Shown: one piece after another, positions 49,057 to 56,885 of the stretch | Layout of the letters: the number at the start of each line of letters is the position of its first letter | Numbering within the stretch: the stretch's first letter is position 1 | DNA from: a virus | DNA: 64,000 nt | Strand: one strand, 5' to 3' | Virus record (IMG/VR): IMGVR_UViG_3300017925_000001 | Coordinates: 32,001 to 96,000 of that record | Translations under genes and position numbers: made by a program | Notes under the pieces: model-generated | Told to the model about the DNA's origin: nothing | What the model saw: only the letters and a program-made list of their open reading frames with translations | Databases searched by the model: none

Positions 49057-49290
49057 TTAGATTTCTTCTCTGGTTTCGTAGTCGAGCACAGGTTTATCCA
49101 AGGCTCGTAGCATGCGTTCCAAAACTTCCCTCAGCTCTTCCGGGGTTTCCCCATGAGGGTGATCAGGTTCAACAATGATTAAAGGCTTATCCTCTATACC
49201 ATAGTACGCCTCGTGAATTTGGTACGCTATTTCTCCATCAAGTGCTCCTGGGTATACCCGGCGTACGACTCTGTGATTCCAATGGCTCAT
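49057..49290 (-). CDS. Conserved small phage protein
   Basis: WNHRVV...YQIHE.YY...GET.EEL...LE.M..AL.KPVL. Confidence 0.7.
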   Translation of the reverse strand: MSHWNHRVVRRVYPGALDGEIAYQIHEAYYGIEDKPLIIVEPDHPHGETPEELREVLERMLRALDKPVLDYETREEI

Positions 49291-49741
49291 ATAGGTACTC
49301 CTTCAAAGTTGTGCTCTGGGGAACCCCCAGGCTGTGTGACAGGTTCTTGGCAAACACTCTCCAGTTACCCGCGTACTTCTTGGCCAACTGCTGCAGCGTC
49401 ATATCCGTGGAGTAATGCTTGGAATGCCCTTGGATGATGAGATTGATTTGTCGATACAAGGCCATCCACCCATCGGTGTCTGTAGCGAAGATGACATGGC
49501 GTCCCTTGCCTATTCCGCTCTGGCCTGCGTATTTGAAGCCTTTCACAGCCTTGATATCTCCCACATTGTGGTATCTGTTAGGAATTGATCCCTTCACATA
49601 GAAGCCTTCAGCTTTCGCAATAGCATGTGCAAGACGTTCAACCTTCGTGAGGGGTTGTTCCGGCATTCGTACTGGGTATACTCCCGCCCATAGCAAGGGG
49701 GTCATCAGCAACCAAAGTAACAACATGAAAATCTTTCGCAT
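49238..49741 (-). CDS. Signal-peptide/anchor lysozyme-like (transglycosylase) protein
   Basis: AIA.AEG...R.HNVGDI...F.T..DGW.AL..Q; N-terminal hydrophobic segment. Confidence 0.55.
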   Translation of the reverse strand: MRKIFMLLLWLLMTPLLWAGVYPVRMPEQPLTKVERLAHAIAKAEGFYVKGSIPNRYHNVGDIKAVKGFKYAGQSGIGKGRHVIFATDTDGWMALYRQINLIIQGHSKHYSTDMTLQQLAKKYAGNWRVFAKNLSHSLGVPQSTTLKEYLYEPLESQSRTPGIPRST

Positions 49742-49754
49742 GAGGATTAACTCC

Positions 49755-49967
49755 TTATGTGGATTTTGGTTCCTCGTAATCTTGGCTCATATAGAAGTAG
49801 AGGAGCTTTATAGCAGCTTCCAGCTCTGCTTTCCGTTCTGTGTAAAAAGCAGTGCTTTTATCGTACGTTTCAAGGATGTTTAGTCCAGTCATCCATACGT
49901 CGTAAAGCTCCATCAGATGCTTTTGTCGAGGTCCTACCTCATCCATGAAACCTGTGTAGTCCGGCAT
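49755..49967 (-). CDS. Hypothetical protein
   Basis: 70 aa, GAGG RBS. Confidence 0.5.
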   Translation of the reverse strand: MPDYTGFMDEVGPRQKHLMELYDVWMTGLNILETYDKSTAFYTERKAELEAAIKLLYFYMSQDYEEPKST

Positions 49968-49973
49968 GGTTCC

Positions 49974-50117
49974 TCACTTCCATATTACAACGATGGTTAT
50001 AGCAACGCAACAGAGGTAATAGAGGCAGAGACGTATGTCACCTGCTACGAAGTATCCGATGGATGCTAGGGATGCCAGGGCTACTCCAGACCAAGCGAAG
50101 AACGAACCGAAGTTCAT
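49974..50117 (-). CDS. Small two-TM protein (47 aa)
   Basis: ATGA overlap; hydrophobic. Confidence 0.45.
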   Translation of the reverse strand: MNFGSFFAWSGVALASLASIGYFVAGDIRLCLYYLCCVAITIVVIWK

Positions 50118-50305
50118 ACTCTTACTTTCAGCTGCTTCTTTAACTGTCTACGCAAACGTAGAACTTCATTGGCCAAATCTATCATACATTGGCGTATCTC
50201 TTCACGTACAAACATGTTCATCCAACTCCAAGTGAAAAAACCCGTTTTTCTTTGTACCAACTTTTCAGCTGGAGTCATCAGAGACCAAATCTCATGTTGG
50301 TTCAT
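50114..50305 (-). CDS. Hypothetical protein
   Basis: ATGA overlap with the lysozyme stop. Confidence 0.5.
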   Translation of the reverse strand: MNQHEIWSLMTPAEKLVQRKTGFFTWSWMNMFVREEIRQCMIDLANEVLRLRRQLKKQLKVRV

Positions 50306-50739
50306 TGCCATTCTCCTGTGAGTATCTGTTGCACAAGACGCTCAGCTCGCTCCCCAACCTCTGTGTACCACGCAGAAGCCTTCATATCTGCAGCCGCCTT
50401 CTCAAAGTTCCCGGCTTGAGTATCTGCAAGGTCATGGTGGAAAGACAAGAGCCCTGGAACTCCGAGATTGAAGCTCATATTTTGTAGAACTCCTAGGCGG
50501 GCGTCATCAAGGTTGACTATCCAAGGCAACTTGCTCTGTAGGAATGTGGAGATGCGTTCCACATCCTTGCCGAGGATTTGCAACGCTTGTGCTTGGGTAA
50601 TAGGATAAACTACGTCCGGTAAAGGGTTGGCATCCAGGTTATGCCCGACCCCAACGGTATCAAAGCCTCGGGTATCGTGATAGACGGTTAGACGCATGCC
50701 TTCATCGCGCACCAGTTGGTCTATGATGTTGTTGATCAT
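50302..50739 (-). CDS. T4-type lysozyme/endolysin (GH24)
   Basis: DEG.RL.VY.DT.GF.TVGVGH catalytic E-D-T; NM.FNLG; S.WY..VG.RA.R. Confidence 0.92.
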   Translation of the reverse strand: MINNIIDQLVRDEGMRLTVYHDTRGFDTVGVGHNLDANPLPDVVYPITQAQALQILGKDVERISTFLQSKLPWIVNLDDARLGVLQNMSFNLGVPGLLSFHHDLADTQAGNFEKAAADMKASAWYTEVGERAERLVQQILTGEWQ

Positions 50740-50865
50740 AAATACCTCCACAAAATTTTTGTACCACACGGACGGGCTCAGTGTGGGTGGTACTTAAGGA
50801 TGACATGCAGCGCCACAAGCTGTACTATGAAGGACAGTATGGCGAACACAGTACGCAGAGTACTT

Positions 50866-51264
50866 TTAGTGGATTCCTTCATCTTTGTCTAACCCCGTGA
50901 TTGAGATGGCACCTACCAGTTTGTGGCAAGCAATGCCTTGGTACATGCTGTGTGCCTGCTTCTCATACGTGAGGATAATGGGTTCACGAGAGAAGTAGTC
51001 TGACTGGTCCCCACAAAAAAGAACCGTCTCTTCATAGAGCGCAGGTGTGGCATAGGGCCAGAAGCGTACGTTGGTGTACTTGCTACCGTCTAGCAGTGTC
51101 ACTTCTATTGGCTCCGCAAGTAGGTAAGCGTAGGGGTTCTGGTAAACCTCGCTAACCCCTAGGGAATTAGGGCGGTTGTTTGTAGTCGTGCAGTGCCCGA
51201 AGGTCAGCATTGAAAGTACGAAGAGGAACACGATTAGACACGTCAGCAATTCATTGTGTTTCAT
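50866..51264 (-). CDS. Membrane-anchored/exported hypothetical protein
   Basis: N-terminal TM; 132 aa. Confidence 0.6.
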   Translation of the reverse strand: MKHNELLTCLIVFLFVLSMLTFGHCTTTNNRPNSLGVSEVYQNPYAYLLAEPIEVTLLDGSKYTNVRFWPYATPALYEETVLFCGDQSDYFSREPIILTYEKQAHSMYQGIACHKLVGAISITGLDKDEGIH

Positions 51265-51688
51265 GATTCCCCTCTCGTATAATTCCCATTTCTGGATACC
51301 AAAAATGCTGATGAAGTGCAGCAGGTATAAGCCACTGCAAGTTTGGGATGGTGGATAATTTGGGCAGATCTTTTACACTATACACATTCAGCTTCTCATC
51401 AGTCATATCCTTAGCATAAGTAATCTCATTGGAGAACAAAGAGAAGCAATGTAATTCATAGTCTTTTCCTGAGAGTATAGCAAACTTTTTCCAGTTGGAT
51501 TCATATGTTTCTATACCTGTCTCTTCCTTGAATTCTCTAGTTTGTGCTGCGTGCTCGCTTTCATTTTCAATGTGCCCACCTACACCGTTCAGTAATCCTC
51601 GCTGCCAAGCAGGACGATTCTTACGAATTAGTAGAAGATGTTTACCTTGTTCATCAAAAGCAAACCCCACAACATATTTTGTAGTCAT
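51251..51688 (-). CDS. NUDIX hydrolase
   Basis: LNGVGGHIE....A..REF.EETGI Nudix box. Confidence 0.9.
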   Translation of the reverse strand: MTTKYVVGFAFDEQGKHLLLIRKNRPAWQRGLLNGVGGHIENESEHAAQTREFKEETGIETYESNWKKFAILSGKDYELHCFSLFSNEITYAKDMTDEKLNVYSVKDLPKLSTIPNLQWLIPAALHQHFWYPEMGIIREGNHETQ

Positions 51689-51851
51689 AGTTTCTCCCGT
51701 GCAACTTCGATGAGGATAGGCATGGCAATGGACGCGGCCAGGATGCCAAAGAACGCGTACACAGCGTGATGCCTGTGTTCCCAACAGTAGAGATTGAATC
51801 CAGAGGCTGCAGCTAGGAAGCCACCAATAAGGTAGCGTTGCAAATTCAGAC

Positions 51852-52082
51852 TCATTGTACGACCTCCTCATACCAGAGCTTCACCCTGATTTTTGAAATG
51901 AACTCATTGTTCTTCAAACGGAAGTACCGTACGTCTGTGCTAGAGACCACGAGGTCTTCATTTTGCACAGGGAAAGTATTCTTGTGAATAGGCACTGCCC
52001 ATAACTGTGGGATATAGTGGATACGTAATAAGAACTTCTTATGGCATCCACAGGCTGTTTCCAAATGAATCTTAGCCAGCAC
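51852..52082 (-). CDS. Hypothetical protein
   Basis: 76 aa, overlapping neighbours. Confidence 0.5.
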   Translation of the reverse strand: MLAKIHLETACGCHKKFLLRIHYIPQLWAVPIHKNTFPVQNEDLVVSSTDVRYFRLKNNEFISKIRVKLWYEEVVQ

Positions 52083-52578
52083 TCGGCACCTCCGTGATCA
52101 CTACCGTGGGTGTAGCAGGGGGCATCCCGGCCAGCACCTTCATGGACTCAGCGGAGTACCCACCTGAGGGAGCTTCCAGTGCCTTCACAGCTTCAACCAA
52201 AGCCGCAGCCACATTGCTGACCGTGACCTTGCAGGGCTTGCCACAGCCTGTGCAGCGCCAATGACCCAGGCCGGTCTTGTCCTTACTCCCCGCAATGGGG
52301 GTAAAGGCCTTGGGCTTCCTCGCGGGCAGACTGCAGCACGCGCTGGTGTACGCGTTGACGGGCCCTTGCTGTTTGGGTGCGGCGGAGGGCTTGCGATTCT
52401 TCTTGCCGTGCTTCTTGCCTTTGTACTTCGGGTTTTGAGAGCGGGAGTGCTTTCCAGTACTCGCTGAATGCCTTCCCGTTTTCCCAGATGTTGATAAAGA
52501 TTTGGTAGATTTCCCGGTCGATGGGGTTGCTACCGTCGTAGCAGGCGAAGGTAAATTCTGGTTCGTCGTATTCGGCAT
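52072..52578 (-). CDS. Basic protein with CC...CxxC zinc-finger-like motif
   Basis: YTSACC...WRCTGCGKPC; Lys-rich N-terminal half. Confidence 0.6.
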   Translation of the reverse strand: MPNTTNQNLPSPATTVATPSTGKSTKSLSTSGKTGRHSASTGKHSRSQNPKYKGKKHGKKNRKPSAAPKQQGPVNAYTSACCSLPARKPKAFTPIAGSKDKTGLGHWRCTGCGKPCKVTVSNVAAALVEAVKALEAPSGGYSAESMKVLAGMPPATPTVVITEVPSAG

Positions 52579-52613
52579 ACATGAGATCTCCTGGTGGTGC
52601 AGATTTGTAAAAG

Positions 52614-52982
52614 CTACAGCTTGGACCCTCGTGAAAGCGGAGCCCCAGCTTCCTCCATCTCTTTCTGAAGGATTGCCAGTGCGCGCCATGCCATCTTGGC
52701 TGAGTGGCGTGCGCCATCTGTGTCGAACTTCCCACGTTCCATCCCGTGGCGAATCACCGTATCCCATTCGTCACTTGACTTACTGCGATTCCAATGCAGC
52801 GGCTGACCAGGGTTGTGCTGCTCGTTTCCCAGGTAGGACACCTTGGCAACTTCGAGCAATGCAGCTGAAAAATAATCGAGCACTCCTGTGCCAACAGGGA
52901 TCTTCTTGCGCTCAGCTGCATCCGATGGGAACAGGTCTTTGACTACCTTCAGACTGGGATCAGCTGGATTTGAACTACTCAT
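52614..52982 (-). CDS. DUF5664-like dATP/dGTP diphosphohydrolase
   Basis: AL.EVA.VS..G..QHNPG.PL.W...RH...D.DG..H....AWRALA. Confidence 0.75.
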   Translation of the reverse strand: MSSSNPADPSLKVVKDLFPSDAAERKKIPVGTGVLDYFSAALLEVAKVSYLGNEQHNPGQPLHWNRSKSSDEWDTVIRHGMERGKFDTDGARHSAKMAWRALAILQKEMEEAGAPLSRGSKL

Positions 52983-53401
52983 TTCAAACCTCCTTTTTTG
53001 ATGTAGGCCAGGAGGGCGTCTACATCTTTCACATGCACACGCTGGGGGAAACGGTCGAACAGACTTTGTATCCCACCAACAATGATGATCTGCTTTCCCC
53101 AAGCATGGGCCATGCCGGTCTCCTCCATGCGTGCAGCCGTACACCACCCGCTAGGCACAGTAGGTGTCGAGAGATCATCGGAGAAACGGATCAACGTATG
53201 CGCCCTCTTCACGTCAGCGGCATCCATGTCTGCTGTATCCAGCAGGAACCTTTTCAACTTTATGGGTCCCGCTGGGGCAGGTTCTTCATCGAGCCAACGT
53301 GATGTAATCTCCACGCCCAAGGCGGCAATCTTGAGCGAGATATCTTTCATTTCTTCCTTACGATGAAACGCTGCCGCTAGGTACACCGACTTCGACTTCA
53401 T
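52979..53401 (-). CDS. Nucleoside 2-deoxyribosyltransferase/dNMP hydrolase-like protein
   Basis: VYLA..F; D..DV..A..LI; E.G.A.A.GK.IIIVG. Confidence 0.7.
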   Translation of the reverse strand: MKSKSVYLAAAFHRKEEMKDISLKIAALGVEITSRWLDEEPAPAGPIKLKRFLLDTADMDAADVKRAHTLIRFSDDLSTPTVPSGWCTAARMEETGMAHAWGKQIIIVGGIQSLFDRFPQRVHVKDVDALLAYIKKGGLK

Positions 53402-53831
53402 GCTTTTCCTCCTTCTTGTCCGAAAGCCTGTGATCCATGCTTTCTTTGGGCTCAGGGCGAAGGTGCATTGCCCACACGATCTGGTTGTACACTGCGTTGA
53501 ATGTCTCGCGTGTCTTCTGGTCAGGGTGTTTGTACCCCAAAATCTCACAGGCATGCGCCATGTGCAGAACGAAGTGTAAGGGGTACTTGTCCAGGTCAGC
53601 AATGAACTTGGTAGCGGATTCAAGAAGCTCCGCGAACAAATCATGCTTCATGTATGTTGTCGTAGTGTCAGCATTCTTCAGTGACGCCATACGAATTGAG
53701 CGAGAGATGTGCTTGCTTGGATCGTATTTCGAAAGGCCATCGCAGCCGCGTAGACCAGTGATGATGACGGTCTGCTGCTTCCACGAAATGGTCTCAAGCC
53801 ACTCCTGAAACACACTTGCCGGGTTGTCCAT
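53358..53831 (-). CDS. Conserved hypothetical phage protein
   Basis: S..Q.W....W.QQ.V....RG.DG...HF..H..HA.EILGYKHP...HL.PE. Confidence 0.65.
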   Translation of the reverse strand: MDNPASVFQEWLETISWKQQTVIITGLRGCDGLSKYDPSKHISRSIRMASLKNADTTTTYMKHDLFAELLESATKFIADLDKYPLHFVLHMAHACEILGYKHPDQKTRETFNAVYNQIVWAMHLRPEPKESMDHRLSDKKEEKHEVEVGVPSGSVSS

Positions 53832-54958
53832 CAGATTTTCACCTCATGATCTGCCTTGACTAGGTTCGTCACCATCTGACGAACTTTGGCAATTGCTTTC
53901 TCGTCATCGTGCAGACGAGCTTTCAACTTTGGTAGGCCATAGGCAATTTGCTCAACACCGATGGGCTTCTTGGTTTCGGGATCGACGTTTCCTAAATCCA
54001 TCATGTACCACAGTCCATCCATTTTGAACAAGCCACGCTTAGTAGCATACGTGATGAGATCGCTGATGGTGTCAAAGCCAGGATCTCGGCCTGAATCCGG
54101 GTAGTAGAGATCCACTACAGTTTCCAGCAGCGGAGTGCCCACCTTGTTCTTCACGGCTTTGAGTCTGACATGATGCCCGAGGATTCGGTCACCGTCCTTG
54201 ATCACTTCCTGTCGGCGCACATCAAGACGTACGCTCGCGTAGTGCTTGAGGGCGCGGCCCCCTGGGGTGGTCTCCGGGTTGCCAAACATGACCCCGATCT
54301 TCTCGCGGATCTGATTGATGAAGATGATCGTGACCTTATACTTGGCAGCATCAGCTGTGAGGATACGCATCGCTTGAGACATCATGCGGGCCTGGAGGCC
54401 TACGTGATTGTCACCCATCTCTCCAAGCAGTTCAGCTTCAGGGGTGAGGGACGCAACGTCATCCACCACAATCAAGCTCACGCACTGCGACTTCACCAGC
54501 TCACGTACGATGTCCAAGGCCTGATCACCATGGTCCGGCTGACTGATCAACAGATTGTCAATGTTGACCCCGAGGTTCCTGGCGTAAGCTGTGTCAAGCG
54601 CATGGGCTGCGTCAATGAAAGCGCATATACCACCGGCCTTTTGCTCCTGGCCTATGAGCCACAATGTGAAAGTTGTCTTCCCGGCAGACTCAGGGCCGAA
54701 GATCTCGACTATGCGTCCACGCGGGATACCTCCACACCCCAATACGTACTGATCGAACGTGGGGAGATTGGCCGGTATGCTGGGGAGAGCCACGATGTTC
54801 TTGGCTCCAAGGCGTATGATCGAGTTAGTTGTCTCGTACTTCTTGTCGATCTCCTTGGAGAGTGAGAACAGCTGTGCGAACTTCTGTAAGTCGGTAGTCG
54901 GAGCGGCGACCACCACTTTCGGTTCCTTCTGCTCTTCTTTCTTCTTACCGAAGGCCAC
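53831..54958 (-). CDS. recA: RecA recombinase (atypical catalytic residues)
   Basis: G.PRGRIVEIFGPESAGKTT, SQPD.G.QAL, GLQARMMSQAMR, FINQIREKIGVMFGNPETTPGGRALK. Confidence 0.95.
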   Translation of the reverse strand: MAFGKKKEEQKEPKVVVAAPTTDLQKFAQLFSLSKEIDKKYETTNSIIRLGAKNIVALPSIPANLPTFDQYVLGCGGIPRGRIVEIFGPESAGKTTFTLWLIGQEQKAGGICAFIDAAHALDTAYARNLGVNIDNLLISQPDHGDQALDIVRELVKSQCVSLIVVDDVASLTPEAELLGEMGDNHVGLQARMMSQAMRILTADAAKYKVTIIFINQIREKIGVMFGNPETTPGGRALKHYASVRLDVRRQEVIKDGDRILGHHVRLKAVKNKVGTPLLETVVDLYYPDSGRDPGFDTISDLITYATKRGLFKMDGLWYMMDLGNVDPETKKPIGVEQIAYGLPKLKARLHDDEKAIAKVRQMVTNLVKADHEVKI

Positions 54959-55394
54959 TGATCACCTCCTGCTCAGCTTTGATGTCAAGCGTTCCACCTT
55001 CTATGGTCTGCACAGGCTCAAGGCCGGATGCAGCTTGCGTCTCAGGGCTTGCTTGTCGTAACAGCTTCTCCTTCAACCATGCGCCGAAGGCTTGTAGGAA
55101 CTTCTTGCCATAGAGCTTCACTACGAATTTCGATCCTGCATTCATGAGAAGATTGTGCAGACGTTCCATCTCCTGCGCGTTGAAGCCCACCTCGAAGAGC
55201 GCTTGCCAGCAGTGCTTGCAGTTGGCATGTCGAGGTGCATGACGTAGATCAATGCGGTGACCACAGGCTTTGACGATGGGGTGCTTCACTGTGAAGTTGG
55301 CCGCACGCCATGCGCGGACTTCTCGCTCAGTAGGTTTGTGCTCGGTCTGCACAGGTTTGCCTGCGCCTAAATCTGCGCTGTCTAGGTCACTCAT
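54945..55394 (-). CDS. Hypothetical protein with CGH...CxxC motif
   Basis: 149 aa. Confidence 0.6.
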   Translation of the reverse strand: MSDLDSADLGAGKPVQTEHKPTEREVRAWRAANFTVKHPIVKACGHRIDLRHAPRHANCKHCWQALFEVGFNAQEMERLHNLLMNAGSKFVVKLYGKKFLQAFGAWLKEKLLRQASPETQAASGLEPVQTIEGGTLDIKAEQEVISGLR

Positions 55395-55783
55395 GAAAGT
55401 ATATCCTCCGCGTTTATTTCCTCAGGAAATGATGGGCGATCTTGTACAATAGATTCATGAAGCCGTTGGTTCTTGGCTTTGAAATAGAGAACGCGGTAAT
55501 GCCCTCCCACTCCAAGATTGTTCTTCAGGAAAACCTTTCCAAGCTCTTGCTTGAAGTTGGTAGGTAGAGCGTCATAGCTTCCATCTTCAGCCATACGTAG
55601 GAACATTTGGTATTGCAAAGGAGTCAACGTACGCCGTGCTTTGATTTCTACATCGCACAAGAAGTCTGTAGCGTCAACATTTTTAAGACTAAGAGAAGGA
55701 TTACTTTTTAAGCTATAATAAAGCGCTAAAACGTTGGCGAAAACCTCTTCCGAGCGCAATAGCTCAAGTCTGATGTCATTCAT
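55391..55783 (-). CDS. Hypothetical protein
   Basis: 130 aa, ATGA overlaps. Confidence 0.6.
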   Translation of the reverse strand: MNDIRLELLRSEEVFANVLALYYSLKSNPSLSLKNVDATDFLCDVEIKARRTLTPLQYQMFLRMAEDGSYDALPTNFKQELGKVFLKNNLGVGGHYRVLYFKAKNQRLHESIVQDRPSFPEEINAEDILS

Positions 55784-56142
55784 CGTACCTCTTTCTGATT
55801 CACAAGGAGTTTCATGAAGTCTTCAAATTTCAGTGTAACCATTGGTTCAGTTCTGTTTCGGCCATGTATCAACAGCTTTAACCCAGGTTTGTCCGCGTAT
55901 TTTGCAAAATGTTCGTAGAAAACCCCTACCACGTTCAGCTTTTCTACCTGCTTGCATTCTATCAACAGATTAAACACCTTCTGTGCAGCAGGGGAGAGGA
56001 TCACATCAACTCCGTTTTGCCCCATCCCCCGGGATTCAATGTCACCATCTACAAGCCCATGGGATGCCCCTGCTATGCGTAGGGCATCCCGCACCTTCTG
56101 TTGGAGAAGGCGTCCCTTGGCCTTTGCTGAGGAAGTTCTCGT
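55780..56142 (-). CDS. PD-(D/E)xK Holliday junction resolvase-like nuclease (probable ACG start)
   Basis: TSSAKAKGR.LQQ.VRD...S..MG..G.DV.LS.AA...IECK. Confidence 0.8.
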   Translation of the reverse strand, partial: TRTSSAKAKGRLLQQKVRDALRIAGASHGLVDGDIESRGMGQNGVDVILSPAAQKVFNLLIECKQVEKLNVVGVFYEHFAKYADKPGLKLLIHGRNRTEPMVTLKFEDFMKLLVNQKEVR

Positions 56143-56143
56143 G

Positions 56144-56554
56144 CTACTTCCTCACCGCCCGATAGACTATGGGTTCGCTGCCATACATTTCTATGGCTTT
56201 GTTGGCTTTTTCTTCAGATGGAAACACTACACCATGCAAGCCTCGATTTCCGCTGGGTATCCAGACCCAACCTTGGCTTAGGTCCTTAATCTGTACCTCT
56301 ACAACCCATTGCTCAACTGCTGTTACCTTGTACAAGCTCTTGCCCCTATTTAAAACAACATATTCTACCTGTCCCTTGATGCGGAGGTTGCGCAATACAC
56401 GATCCGCAGTGCTCGGGGATACTGTGCCTGTGATGTGTTCAGCCACATATAAGCGAAGCTCGTCCGCAGTGAATGTATTGTTTAAGTGCTGTTTACAGAA
56501 AGCAAGCACAGCATCCCCTGCGGTTGCTTCGTTGTGCTGCAGGTGTTCATTCAT
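56144..56554 (-). CDS. Putative winged-helix protein
   Basis: F.ADELR.YV...SP.T.DR.LR.LR..G.V.Y.V. Confidence 0.55.
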   Translation of the reverse strand: MNEHLQHNEATAGDAVLAFCKQHLNNTFTADELRLYVAEHITGTVSPSTADRVLRNLRIKGQVEYVVLNRGKSLYKVTAVEQWVVEVQIKDLSQGWVWIPSGNRGLHGVVFPSEEKANKAIEMYGSEPIVYRAVRK

Positions 56555-56693
56555 CGTTTGCTCCTCTTCTGCTTTAGTTTTGCTGCGGCTTGCGCGATCT
56601 TAGAAAAGTTCCTAGCGTATTCTGGGTCTTGTGCAGCAACCTTAGCCATGCATATTTGACAGTTGGCCAAGGGGCCTCGATGGATTTTTGTCT

Positions 56694-56885
56694 TCATTGC
56701 TTAATTAGCCTTTCTATATTCATGGCTTGTTCTTGGTAATACTCGGCCCGCTCAGGATGACCAGCAGCTTCGTGGCGCGCACCTGTGTTCAGGTACTGAT
56801 TTTGTACCCGCTTCAAAGGTGCGAGGATATCACCGTCCTCGCCAACGTCAATGGTGGTTCGTACAGGTGCCCAGACCTTTGTCAT
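56694..56885 (-). CDS. Hypothetical protein
   Basis: 63 aa, ATGA overlaps. Confidence 0.5.
   Translation of the reverse strand: MTKVWAPVRTTIDVGEDGDILAPLKRVQNQYLNTGARHEAAGHPERAEYYQEQAMNIERLIKQ

Noticed and set aside
41546-49058. AAGGAGGCCCCATG found three times (41547, 47064, and the - strand near 49045)
   Set aside because: Mostly SD plus start codon; the extra identity is only 4 nt
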